Below, piece by piece: positions 38,127 to 49,549 of a DNA stretch of 51,120 nt (the first letter of the stretch is position 1; every line of letters begins with the position of its first letter). Location of the stretch: NCBI RefSeq assembly GCF_001194135.2, contig NC_068981.1, positions 119,473,770-119,524,889 of the forward strand, in the 5' to 3' direction. The translations under genes and the position numbers were made by a program. This DNA is from Octopus bimaculoides (taxonomy: Eukaryota). The notes beneath the pieces were generated by a model, which worked only from the letters and a program-made list of their open reading frames with translations, searched no databases and had not been told where the DNA came from.

Positions 38127-38285
38127 GCTTGGAAGAGACGAATGGAATGCAAAATGCTGTTTTATCAGTGTATTAAATACTTCTATCTTGGCCAACAAGC
38201 TGATGGCCAACAGAAATGGGGAGAAAGAGTTACATATTTTTCAACAGCACATGATCGGTTGACAGAATGCATGAAACTTTCCAAA
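38127..38285 (+). CDS. PTPN23: PTPN23 coding exon 7 (AWKRRMECKMLFYQCIKYFYLGQQADGQQKWGERVTYFSTAHDRLTECMKLSK)
   Basis: Pyrimidine tract plus ctgAAG acceptor, 159 nt, AAA|GTTAGT donor. Homologous to human DWKKLVQMK...QQKFGERVAYF...KLAK. Confidence 0.93.
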
Positions 38286-38344
38286 GTTAGTTGGTTATTT
38301 TATCATTATTGATGTTAGATATAATTGTTCTTGTTGTTATTGAA

Positions 38345-38460
38345 GATGCAAGCTGGTAGAATCATTAGAGCACTGGAAAAAATGCTTTGCTGTATTTCTT
38401 CCTGCTTCAAGTTCTGAGTTTAGATCCTGCCAAAGACAACTTTGCCTTTTGTTCTTTCAG
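38345..38460 (+). mobile_element. SINE family B, 5' half, decayed
   Basis: gcaagctggtagaatcattagagcac...aaatgcttt...ttctgagtt...gacaactttgcctttt. Confidence 0.7.
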
Positions 38461-39564
38461 ATCATGTACCTTTCGTAGAAAGGATTATTATTTCAATTGA
38501 TATGAATTGTTTTTCATCTTTAAGTGACATGACTTATTGAGCTCTATTCTGTATTTGTTCCTATTCACAAATTCATTATTGTTACAAAATATCAAATCAA
38601 TCTTTTACACTATGGCAAGTTACACCATAAATGAATCTTCACTTTGTACTTTTTTTTAGTACATTTTTATTTTTTCCAAAACCATCACAAACGTTTGTAG
38701 GAATCCATTTCTCTTTTTCTATGTTTCTTTTCCCTGAGTTAGTGAGGAAGCTTCTAAATGGTTATTTAATATGCTAAAAATAGTTAAATCTTTTGAATCA
38801 CACCTATCTTAAATAAAGAGGGCATGTTGGATAATGTAGTTGTAGATAGCCCTAAAAAGATGGAATGGTCATGCCTGGAATTCCTTCAATCAGGTTGACC
38901 TAGGGTTAAACATAAATGAAAAGTCTTTTTGTTTTTTTTACTTTGCTCATTCTTTCTTTGAGATTGCACAAATGTGGTNNNNNNNNNNNNNNNNNNNNNN
39001 NNNNNNNNNNNNNNNNNNNNNNNNNNNNNNNNNNNNNNNNNNNNNNNNNNNNNNNNNNNNNNNNNNNNNNNNNNNNNNNNNNNNNNNNNNNNNNNNNNNN
39101 NNNNNNNNNNACACACTTTTTGGAAAGGTCATGGCTTGAACACTGAAAACGGAAGTTAACTAATGACAACACACAAATAATGAACAATAAAAGAAACCAA
39201 ACTTATAAAGCAATTTATCTGAACAATACAGACACTAGAAATGGTGATAAAGTTGAAACATCTCAGTACACTAGAACACATACAATGTGAAACCTCCAAC
39301 AATAAAATTTTCTGCTCCAGCAGTGATCTTGCTACATAAATACATGAGCAGAAACAACCAACATACTATGAGCTAAGAGAGAGCATCTAAAAAAGCTAAT
39401 ACACAGCACAGTAAAACCCAAATGCTTTACACTCAGAAAATACACAACACTAACTCGGGTGTTTAATGTGTGTATGTACCCTTAATATGCAAAAAGTAAA
39501 TATACTACAATATAATGTTAGCAGCATTAAATATATTTATATTGTAATCATATATTTGTATTGC

Positions 39565-39754
39565 ACAATACCTAAAATTTTGGGTGAGGGGACTAGTCAA
39601 TTACACCGACCCCAGCAATCAACTGGTACTTACTTTATCAACCCTGAAACAATGAAAGGCAAAGTTGAGCTTCTTAGCAGTATTTCATTCATCGTTACAT
39701 TCAAATTCTAAGTGGTTTGTCTGGCATGCTAACAATTCTACCACCTTGCCACCA
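39565..39754 (-). mobile_element. SINE family B, decayed antisense copy
   Basis: Reverse complement reads ggtggcaaggtggtagaattgttagcatgccagacaaa...aagctcaactttgcctttcatt...gataaagtaagtaccagttg...ggggtcggtgtaattgact. Confidence 0.7.
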
Positions 39755-39879
39755 CTTTATTTATATTGTAATGCTATAATTAATGATGCAGGAATTATGA
39801 TATTGCTAATTACAATAATGCAGGTCAATCTAAATCATAGTAGAAATCTTCATAATATACATAAAATCACACTTCCAGT

Positions 39880-40140
39880 GTACACATACCTGCACATACA
39901 TGTATACACACACACACATGTACACATACATGCATGCACACACATGTACACATACATGCATGCACACACATGTACACATGCTTGCACACATACACGTACA
40001 CATGCATGCGCACATACACATGTGCACATACACATGTACATGCATACACATGTGCATGCATGCATGCATGCACATGCATGTACACATATATGCACACATG
40101 CATGTACATGTATGTGCACACGCACACATGCACACACACG
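39880..40140. repeat. Mosaic alternating purine-pyrimidine tract (CA/TG/CATG units), about 260 bp
   Basis: Read directly. It produces the spurious His/Thr- and Cys/Met/Val-rich ORFs in the track. Confidence 0.9.
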
Positions 40141-40814
40141 ACACTTAACGTTTGTAAGGCTCAGCTGTACATTAGAAATACAGGCCTTGAAGATAACTAG
40201 ACTGTAATATGAAACTCGTTAATGTCATAAATTTAAACACACTCCCAATATAAGCAACACACTAGAGCTAATGACAGAACTGCGATGTGGTTTCTCTACC
40301 TGCTAGAAATAACAATCACTTTCTCTCAAACATTAGCTTACTTCCACAAGAAAACAAAAACGAGCAAGACTTGTCAAAAATTGTTTTGGGTACAATCATC
40401 TTAAATGTAGGAAAGCTTTGATTCTCTACTTAATCACTTAATCTACCAGAAATAGCAACCAGATTTCTCTATAAAAAAAAAAAAAAAAAAGGCAAAAGAT
40501 GAAATCTTAGATACAGTAGTGTACTTGAATATGTGATGATCAAGACTGGAATACCTTTTTGATCATAGGTCTGTTTTAGGGCTGAAACCACAAACTGGAA
40601 TGCTACTATAACATCATCCTAAAAACTTTGTCTCACTTTATCTAGAAAAGCATACGCACAACAATAACATTAATAACCTCCTTTAACCCTCAAATACTAT
40701 ACTGGGTTGTATACTAACAGAACTAGGAATAGAAGAGCTACTGTGGTCAGTTGTAGCCATTGTTTCTGTGTTAAGGTCATCATCAGAACCTGTAGGCATA
40801 TCGCTTTAGTATCA

Positions 40815-41010
40815 GTGGTCCATTGATAGAGAGCTCACTTGCCATGCAAGCGACATGGACTTCCTGGACAAGAAAATTGTTACTTTAAGCTAACGAGGAA
40901 TCCTTTACATGGTTGCTTGACCATGGTGGACTCAGCAGCCAAATCTCTCAATCACTTTTCTGTTTGGAAAAGAGAACATTTTACATAATGTAGTCCAGGA
41001 TAGTCAATGC
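40815..41010 (+). mobile_element. SINE family C with a degenerate tRNA-Gly(GCC)-like head
   Basis: gtatcagtggtccattgatagagagctcacttgccatgcaagcgacatggacttcctgg aligns by eye to tRNA-Gly (GCATCGGTGGTTCAGTGGTAGAATGCTCGCCTGCCACGCGGGCGGCCCGGGTTCGATTCCCGG). The body (agcagccaaatctc...ataatgtagtcc) recurs at about 38790-38860 and 40300-40470. Confidence 0.6.
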
Positions 41011-41393
41011 AGGAATGCTGTTGATTAATCCTTGGCCAGTTTACCTCGAATTAAACAGCATGCTTCCTGAACCAGTGACTACATGTGTAGAATGTCATCT
41101 CTCCCCACTTATAAAATAAAGCACTGCATGTTAGTATGCAGTATGATCCTCATCAGCTCAGAGCCTTTATATATATTGGAGCCATATGCTTAATCTGTCA
41201 GGGCTTACAATGGGGTTACACAATTATTTTTCTTTTACTTTAGAACAGTTCCAAAAATATTTTGAAGTGGGAGAATTAAATAAGATATTTGAAAAATCAG
41301 AAATTAAAATGAAGTAAATTAAACTTTTTTAACTTGGATCACTAGCATTAAACTTTTTAATCTTAAATTCTAATTATCTTATCTTTTATACAG

Positions 41394-41446
41394 GCTGATG
41401 ACATGCAAGAACCATTACAGTTTACATATGATGTTGTTGTAGGCAA
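41394..41446 (+). CDS. PTPN23: PTPN23 coding exon 8 (ADDMQEPLQFTYDVVVG(K))
   Basis: ttttatacag acceptor, 53 nt, AA|GTAAGT donor (phase 2). Homologous to human QDALRFTMDVIGGK. Confidence 0.92.
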
Positions 41447-42489
41447 GTAAGTGAACTTTTTTTTTTGTATTGAATCTGTTTTGCCAAAATCATTCTACTA
41501 GTCTCTACTGTCTTTTTCTTTTTGCTTCCTTTTCTTTCTAGTTGGTTAAATGACTGTGCGGAGGTTCCTTTGTTGGCTTGTATCCCCCAAAGAGTTTGTT
41601 ATAAGATCTACTATGCTACTGAAGCATATAAAATTTTCATTGTTTCATTTCCTACTTACAACCATTTCTCTTCAATTAAATTGCTTATGAAATAGAAAAA
41701 GTACCTAAATAACAGTTTTATCACATTTATTGCAAACTTGAGCTATTGTATCCACGTGAACAAATTCACATTCAGTTTTATCACATTTCTTGCAAATATA
41801 CTCTTGTAAAAAAAAAAAAAATCATATTCATAGTTGTCAGTTTTGAATATTTTCATCACCCTCCTCATCATCATTTTGCATTGGCATTGGTTGGGAAGTG
41901 TTTGCAGCCTCAGTCAGTTCTTATTTGTAGTCATTGTTCTTGTAGATATGCTAAAGGATCATGTCTCAATCATCTACTCTGTTTGGGCATGGTTTCTCCT
42001 GCTGGATTCCTTTACAATCACTTAACAGAATGTATTGGGTGCATTTTGTTATAAGCTCAACATGAGTGGGGTTGTCATGTTCTTAATCACATTGAAGAGC
42101 TTGCTGAACTCTGCATATTCTCCAATGGTTTCTCAATCATTTACTGAATGCACTTTAACATGGTCCCAGCACTTGAAGAAAATTAATATTGATTTTCAAA
42201 CATTATTTCATAATAATCATCCAATAGAAAACTGGCTGTAAGATTAATATAACTTAATGTAATTAGTTGGTTTTTATAAACTTAGAGTATGTAGAGGTGG
42301 GTATGAATATAAATTTGTACAGCTTATGCTTTTTGCAAAGGCAGTAGTAATGTAAGTGAATTAAGCTGTTTTAAGTGGAATTTAAACCTTATCTTTGACC
42401 CTGTTTAGCTTTGTTTGGTGCCAGCACGTGTCATATAATTGCATAGGGTAAATAAGACTAATCTTGGATAAAACAACTGACATTTCTGC

Positions 42490-42845
42490 CTAGGTTCCAA
42501 ATCTGGGCTGGTTGACAAACTGAAGGACCAACTTTATTTGGCACTTTTGCAGATTACTTTGATGACAATGACTTTATCGTGGTTGGTGACTTCAACAGAC
42601 ATGTTGGGCTGCATCCCAGTGAATTCCAGGGTATGCACAGAGGTTACAATTTTGGTTCTAGAAATGAAGAGGGGAACAAGGCTGCTGGAGTTTTGTGATG
42701 CAGATGATTAGATGTGCTGCAACACTTATTTCAGAAATCAGCCAGTCACCCAACCCTCTTTTAATCTGGTTGGCATACAAGTCAGATTACTTATATTCTC
42801 AGCAGAAAACAGCATGCTTGTGAATGCAAAGGGAAGAATGTACAA
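42490..42845 (+). mobile_element. RTE-clade LINE AP-endonuclease fragment
   Basis: Decayed translation ...DFIVVGDFNRHVG...GYNFGSRNEEG.RLLEFCDA...CNTYFRK, typical of the APE domain. Confidence 0.8.
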
Positions 42846-43677
42846 GCCTGTTTAGAAGAGATAGATATGAAATCTTAAAAACCCAGCAAACAGAAATTTA
42901 GAGTTTCTAACTGAAGCATTTGATGAAAAGTAGGAGGAAATAGACATATAGCATAGAGAACAGCTTAGTTAAGGTGATGTGACAGTGAGGGTGATAGCTA
43001 TAAAAGCAAAGATAGGCATGGAAATATTGGAAAAAATGGAGGCAGCAGAATGAAGTTAATGTATAATGATGTCGTTTTTAGTTATATCCAGGGGAACAGT
43101 TCTACATTATGAAGGTAGTCATTTGAATGCTTGTGAGCACAGACAAATGTATACAAACAGATTTTATAGGTTTTAAGTTGTTATAAAAATATATATCAAG
43201 TTTTCAAAGTATTTATCTAATAATTGACCCTGTTCTTAATCACAATGACACAAAGGACTGGTACTTGTCTGCCATTTTCATAGTTTTGAACAAATGAAAA
43301 ATCCCTTCCTGACTAAGACACTCTTATAAATCCCTTTCCCATAAGAAGAGTTGGTGTGGCTGGCTAATGAACAACTTAGAGATTCTATCAATTTTAGTGT
43401 ACCCATTTCCTCCAGCTGTTTACATATTCAGGGCACCTACTTAGAATTTGGTGAGTTTGGCTGTTGAGAATTGTCTTGATCACTCAATGCAGCACTGATC
43501 CCAAAATATGAACTACTGACATTTTGGTTAGTTGTCCAGTACCCTAGCCAAGCAACTAATTGCCCTATTTCTTTAAGGTGTTTAGGCCTATTAATCTATA
43601 AAGCAATATATAAACATTTTAAAGGTGATCATTTCTGTATTGAAATTCATCATTGTTAAATAAATTTCTACTTTCAG

Positions 43678-43757
43678 ATATGATTCAGCTAAGAAAGATA
43701 ATGATTTTATATATCATGAAAAAGTGCCCGATTTAGAATGCCTCCCTGAAGTAAAAG
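43678..43757 (+). CDS. PTPN23: PTPN23 coding exon 9 ((K)YDSAKKDNDFIYHEKVPDLECLPEVK(G)); the gene continues beyond the window
   Basis: ctttcag acceptor, 80 nt, G|GTAATT donor (phase 1). Contains the BRO1 C-terminal motif AKKDNDFIYHE. No following GxxLVK exon was found in 43758-51120. Confidence 0.96.
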
Positions 43758-44698
43758 GTAATTTCGATTTATTTAATTGAAAAATTTTTTTTCCCTTATC
43801 CTGATATTTTTTAGGGTTTTATTTTCTAGAATGCGGATTCTCAGACTTTCGAATCTTCTTGATTAATGTTATTGTTGTGCGTATGCACGTTTTATGATTT
43901 CCCAGACTTACTGTGATGGGATCAACAGTAAGTCATACACCCAGTAAAACAGTATGGTAATCTCAGTTTCATAGAGTGAAATCAAAAGTGAATTTACATG
44001 TATTCATTAAAAAAATGATTCTCTTTTTCAAATTTGGTCCATATTGGTGGTAAAAAAGATTGGAGGGGGCTGTGATGTAAATGTTCTTTTCTTGGCCTCA
44101 AAGAGAGAGGTGAGAAAAAGAATCCTAATATGTTATCTCTTGATCTTGAAAGGCAATGTTGGTCTTGATAGCATTTGATCTTGAAGCACAGAGGTATGTA
44201 ACAAATATTGCAATGAATTCCATCTGATGCTGTAATGAAATAGCCAATTTACTACATATTTTCAATAAGAAAAAATGTATATGTTTGAAGATGCTTAACC
44301 AATTTTGTTGTTTTAATTAGAAACATAAGATTAAAAGATACAAAAAAGAACATTTCAAATGTTAACATTTCCCATTATTAGAAATCAAAGACAGTGGTGA
44401 AATTAGATATAAAAATGTAATCTGATACTAAAATGCTTTTTAATTGAACACGTTAGGCCACCATGTTCATTGATGCTAAGTGGGTTTCTTTTGCTTAATA
44501 GTATTTTTGAGTATTTATATACTAAAATCCAGTTTCAACCATATTGAAAATTCAAGCAAAAACATGTCAGCACTAACCTAACATTTGGATAATTGTTTGC
44601 AATGTTCTCGTTGTTCTAGAAACCACTAAGCCCTCAAAATTGACTTGTTAATTTTACTCAACTCCTTTGATATGTTACTCTCCCTATTATTATTATTA

Positions 44699-47600
44699 CT
44701 AGCAGAAAAACTGCCCTCTAGGCAGTTTTTCTGCTGGTATATGTATCGCACATATTGATATTATATATACATATAGATATGATACATAAATTATAAAATA
44801 AGTTGACAATATGCACATGAATTGAAAAGACTGTTATAGTTTATTCTGTAATCCATGATACATTTAAAAAAGATAATAAAAATTGGAAAAGTGTTGAGAC
44901 TATCAAGGGAAAATGTTTATGAATCTTCGCTTAAGTGAATTTGAAAATAGATGCTCTGGTGGGAATTAATGAATTACATTTACCAATACGAAGAGTTGAG
45001 TTTTGCTATATTGTTGTTTTACTATATTCACTTATAGACTTAAGTGTTTCTAGTGTCCCTTTCCGAGTAATTTAAAAGAAACTTAAATACATCTCAATTA
45101 AGAGAGTAATGAATGTTTCACATCGCTGTGGAATTTCTTCGTAGACACAATTGTCAGAAAATGTGCCCTATTCATTTATCTGGGTTAATATTTTTATATT
45201 TTCTTTCCTTGACACTTTTGATAATGTAACGTACATCTGACCATGTGCCAAGAATTGTGTTTGTGGATATATACCTATCTTTTCAAATGTCTGTCCTTGT
45301 GCTTTATTGCATGTAAGGGCAAAGGCTGGTTTGACAAATTGCTTGTAAGTAAAGGAGAAAGGGGACTGAAGGTCTTGAGATGGGAGGTATCTTTGGGATA
45401 AGCAGCCTGGTTCTAGCATTGGGCCCCAAAGCCACTTCAGCTTCAATCACATGATTATGTAAGCTGATGATATAGTGTTACCATTGCAATGTCTGTTTAG
45501 AGGATCCAGATTTTAGAAGCAGGATGCAAATGCCTTTCTTCAGTTTAAAAATGTATGTTGGGAAGCCTGATGGGGTAAGTTTGTCGATGAATTGGACTGG
45601 GTATTGCAGTTCATTATCTACTGTATCGGAGCTTTTGTAGACTCTTTCATGACCAGGGAACTTGTTGAACATGAATTCATTGACCAATCTTACTGCTTCA
45701 TTTGTTCGAATGATAATGGCTCTGTTTGCAAGCCATTGTGGCTTTGAGTAGTTTCCTTGAAGATTTGTTTATCCAAAATCACAGTCCAGACAGATCACCA
45801 TATTCCAGACAAAGTTCATTTGGTAGAGGAATTATGAAAACACCTAAAGTTGCTATATTCAGAATGTTATTGTTTCCTGCATCAAGAAGGTAGTTTGAAA
45901 ACTATCTTCCATCATATTCCCCTGCATTAAATAAACATGGACTGGTTGTCATTGCCAGGGTTTCTACATAGTCCCATAGATAATATCTCTTGATAGTTGC
46001 CTCAACTATTTGTGGCAACATGACACACAACAGGAAGAACTTGCTTCCAGTCACCAGATAGTAATACTGTTAGACCACTAAATGGCTTTTTGCAATCCTG
46101 AGCATCTTGCAAGCTCCCGTTAAGGCATTCGAAGATATGTTTATGCACCATACTTATCTTTTCAATAATTAACAGGTCAGCTTGCTGCATTAGTTTACCC
46201 ATGACATCCTTCTTTGTGAAGGTGTAAGTTGATTCAGCAGTCACATTGATAGGAATCTTGCATTTAGAATGAAGAGTTCAACCTCTGTGAAGTAAAGTGG
46301 CTGCTATTTCAGATATGACTGTTGCAAGTGCAATCTTTGTTTGAGATTGAATGTAATCCAGTATGATGTTGATGACGTAGGTTTTTCCTGTACCTGCACT
46401 TGCATTCAAATAGAAAATTCTACTTTGATTTTCATTTACTGGGGTGATGACTTTGTAAAAAAACAACCAGTTGCTCAGGATTCAATGTTGGCAAAACTTT
46501 GTTTGCTTGCAGTTGGTGTGTATTAAAATCAGTTTCGCCCATAGGTACTCTATTGAGTTCTGGTGTGACAACAATAGTTGGGTCTGGCCTAGGAAGTCCA
46601 TAGTTGATATGGATGTCCTAGCCCTCATGTTGAAGTCTTTGTTGGATCTTCTGTAGAACAAAATGCATGCTTTGCTCTTGATGTCCATGCATGATATCCT
46701 CAGCAAGACAATTCTTTCATTCCTCCCTGAACTGCAGAGGATCATTTGGTATGCAGTACAATATGGTGCAGAAGATCTCTCATAGCTGATGTCCAAATGT
46801 AATGGATAAGGCCTCTTCCATAGCTTTGTCTTTCTCTCCATCTTCATCTAACAAACCAAGTTTCCTGCATGCCTCTTGGAATATTGGAAATTCAATTCCA
46901 TCAATTGTCCCCAAATATTTGTATAAAGTTGATCCAGCCTTGTGATGTAAGATCATTTTTAGGTAATACAACTCAGACTGATGTCTACTTAGAGATATTG
47001 TTGGAATGTGTCCAAGAGATTCACCCATAAATTGCTTAGATGCCCCTTTTTTTCTTCTTTGCCACTTTTTGTCTGTCCAGGTAAAATATTTTGATATATT
47101 AATATACAATGTTTTTTGCCATTGGATCTCTAATATTCAGTCAGCTTAGTTTCTATCCCCTAGAAACGACACTTTCTTCCTGTCCTCGTTGATACACTAC
47201 CATTTGTTCCCCAGGTAAATGATAAGGCAGCTTCTCAACTGGAAGTTTGCAATGATGTAATAGAAATTTATAAATTCTCCAGAATGCTTCACTGGCTGAG
47301 ATGTACTGTGCATTAATATAAGTTTCAATCTCATTTTTGGCATGGACATAATTACCTTGATCATCCTTAATAGTGAAAGTGATTTTGTCTGATCCTTTCG
47401 TGATGTATTTATATAAATACTTAACAGCTTTGACACTGTGGATAGCCTCACAATTGATGTGGCACTGATATCTCAATGACAGGAAAGAGTTGTATGGAAT
47501 ATTCCAATGATTATCAACAGTAAATTTTTTACCTTTAAGTTGGATTGTATGATTACCATGCTGTCTATCCCTCCTATATTCAGGAAATGAATTTTTGGCA

Positions 47601-48670
47601 ACAAATGTGGCTTGTTTGAATACCTTAGGATAACTTTTAGAGTAATGGTGTTGTCCTAACCCTTCCATACATGAAGACATCATATTAGCTTGGCCTCATG
47701 AGCCATGAATGTTGCAGGATGTAATGATCTTAAGAATTGAATTAGTCACTTTATCAGGAATCTCGCAGTAAACATCTGATCAATGGCATCTGCGGTTTTG
47801 GACTTGCTATCTTCATTCATTACCAACAGAATATGAGCATGAGTGAGGCCTTGTTTCTGCGACTCTATTGTGGCAGAATGAGCCACTAATTTTCCCAAGA
47901 CATTTTGTTTATTATATCATCCACAAGGCTGTCATACTTGATCTTGAAGACTGTTGTTCAAATATCAGGATGGTCCTTAGATTCTTCACTGGGGTGCAGA
48001 CTCTTTTCTTTTTCATTCCAGTTAGGGTTGATTGTTACTGTGATGAAATAAGATGGCTTTCCCATGTGTTGAACCACAATCATTGAATTCTGGAAGAACT
48101 CCTTGTAGAAGCGAGGGGAACCATAGATTGAAGGTGGAAGAACAATTCTACCACTTGCATTTGCTGAATCTCCTTCAGCCACAACATCATTCAAACCCTC
48201 CTTATACTTTTTAGCTTGTATCATGGTTTGATTATTTTGGGCCCAAGTAAGGTGACAATGTTCTATTTTTGCCTGGGCATCTACAGCATATTGTTGCATG
48301 TGTCACTGTTCTTCATGATAATGTTACAGTCACCTTGCCTAACCTGTAACCAATAACAGTAGAAATCAGTGGGTGGGAATGTGTGGTTGTCAATCCTTTT
48401 CAAACCAACCTGAAACCCATCATTCCCCCAAGGAAACGGTAACCCATAATGCGGAGGATCATAAGAACAGTGCAACTGATGAATCTTCTGAAGACCACCA
48501 TCTCTTTTATGAAGAATGACACCCAAGAGACCTAATGCTGTATCAGGTTGAATAATAGCAATCTCAGATGCCATGGGAAGATTGTATGTGCGACAATCAC
48601 AATCAGTGGGTTTTACCTTCTTTTCAGCTTGTAGAACAATATTCACATTTTCGGGATCTGGCAATTTACA
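44699..48670 (-). mobile_element. Helitron with pseudogenised RepHel (HUH replication initiator plus PIF1 helicase), about 4 kb, antisense in PTPN23 intron 9; 5' part missing
   Basis: Collinear motifs: RTYNLP...EIA; SYDPPHYGLPFPWG; GSPRFY...GKPSYFITVTINPNW (Rep motif 1); IESQKQGLTHAHILL (HUH, 47824-47870); FPEYRR...VDNHWNIPYN...HINCE...KYLYKYITKGSD; ACRKLGLLDED; ASAGTGKT (Walker A); LIIEKISM (decayed Walker B); FSGLTVLLSGDWKQVLPV; TCNKAQGQT...HGQMYVTLSKV. The 3' end is CTAG|T at 44699 with a hairpin. Confidence 0.95.
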
Positions 48671-48674
48671 CATG

Positions 48675-49549
48675 GTTCACTAAGAAAAAAAACCTTGGAT
48701 TTTTTGCGTGGAATCGAGTACCCTGACCTAATATGCCGCAAACCCCTTATTTTGGTTCGTAAAAAAAGTGTTCAGGTGGGAAGGAAATTGGAACCTTTCT
48801 AGAATTATTGGAAAGTGCTTTTTGTTTTTCATTACAGTAACCTCCCAATATGTCACAAAATACCTTTTTCACCCTCAGAAATTTCACCATCCCCCATTTC
48901 ATGGGGAAAATTTTGTTTTAGCTGTTTCTTTCTTTACCCATTTTTAAGATATCATTTTGCAGAAATACATTCTTGAGTGTTGATTACATAAGATTGAAAA
49001 TTGAAACAAGTTTGAAAAGAATAAGTGAAAATGCTAAAGTTATAGAAATTAGTGATAACAAAGTCTGGGCAGGAGAGATAAAGAATGAAACAAAATTCTT
49101 CTAAAATTGTTTTTCTAAATTTTTATTAATATAAAGATTTATTCAACTTAATCTTTCAAGGGTGTGTCCCAGCGTGACCGCATTCCAGTGACTCTTGAGA
49201 ACGTATCTCTTGCAGANNNNNNNNNNATATTAAAATCATTTTCCCTTTGCAAAGGAAAAAAACCGAAAAAAAAAAAGTTTTCCCCATGAAATGGAGGGGT
49301 GTGTGTGTGTGAAATTTCCAAGGGTTCCACTCCACCCCGTTTTCTGGACAGTGTTTTGTAGCATATTAGATCACTGTAATTCATTCAATGGAAAAAAAGA
49401 AACATTTTCCAATAATTCTGGGAAGGGGGTGTTCCGATTTCCCACCCACTCCTTTTTTCCAAACCAAAATGAGGGGTTTGCAGCATATTACAAGATCAGG
49501 GTACTTGATTCCATGTGAAAAATCCAAAGTTTCTTTTTCCTTAGTGAAC
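48675..49549. mobile_element. Unclassified long-inverted-repeat (foldback-like) element
   Basis: The left arm 48675-48914 is an imperfect reverse complement of the right arm 49273-49549 (shared blocks gttcactaag, ggaatc(g/a)agtaccctga, taatatgc(c/t)gcaaacccct, agaattattggaaa, ccatttcatggggaaaa). The spacer of about 360 bp contains a 10-N gap. No TSD was identified. Confidence 0.75.

Noticed and set aside
39665-40207. His/Thr-rich 180-aa ORF and overlapping Cys/Met/Val-rich ORFs
   Set aside because: These are translations of the CA/TG mosaic microsatellite.
40815-40875. Functional tRNA-Gly gene
   Set aside because: The acceptor stem and T-arm are disrupted, and it is followed by a SINE body. 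It is a SINE head.
41830-42250. Cluster of overlapping short ORFs, possibly a transposase remnant
   Set aside because: No diagnostic motif was recognised in any frame.
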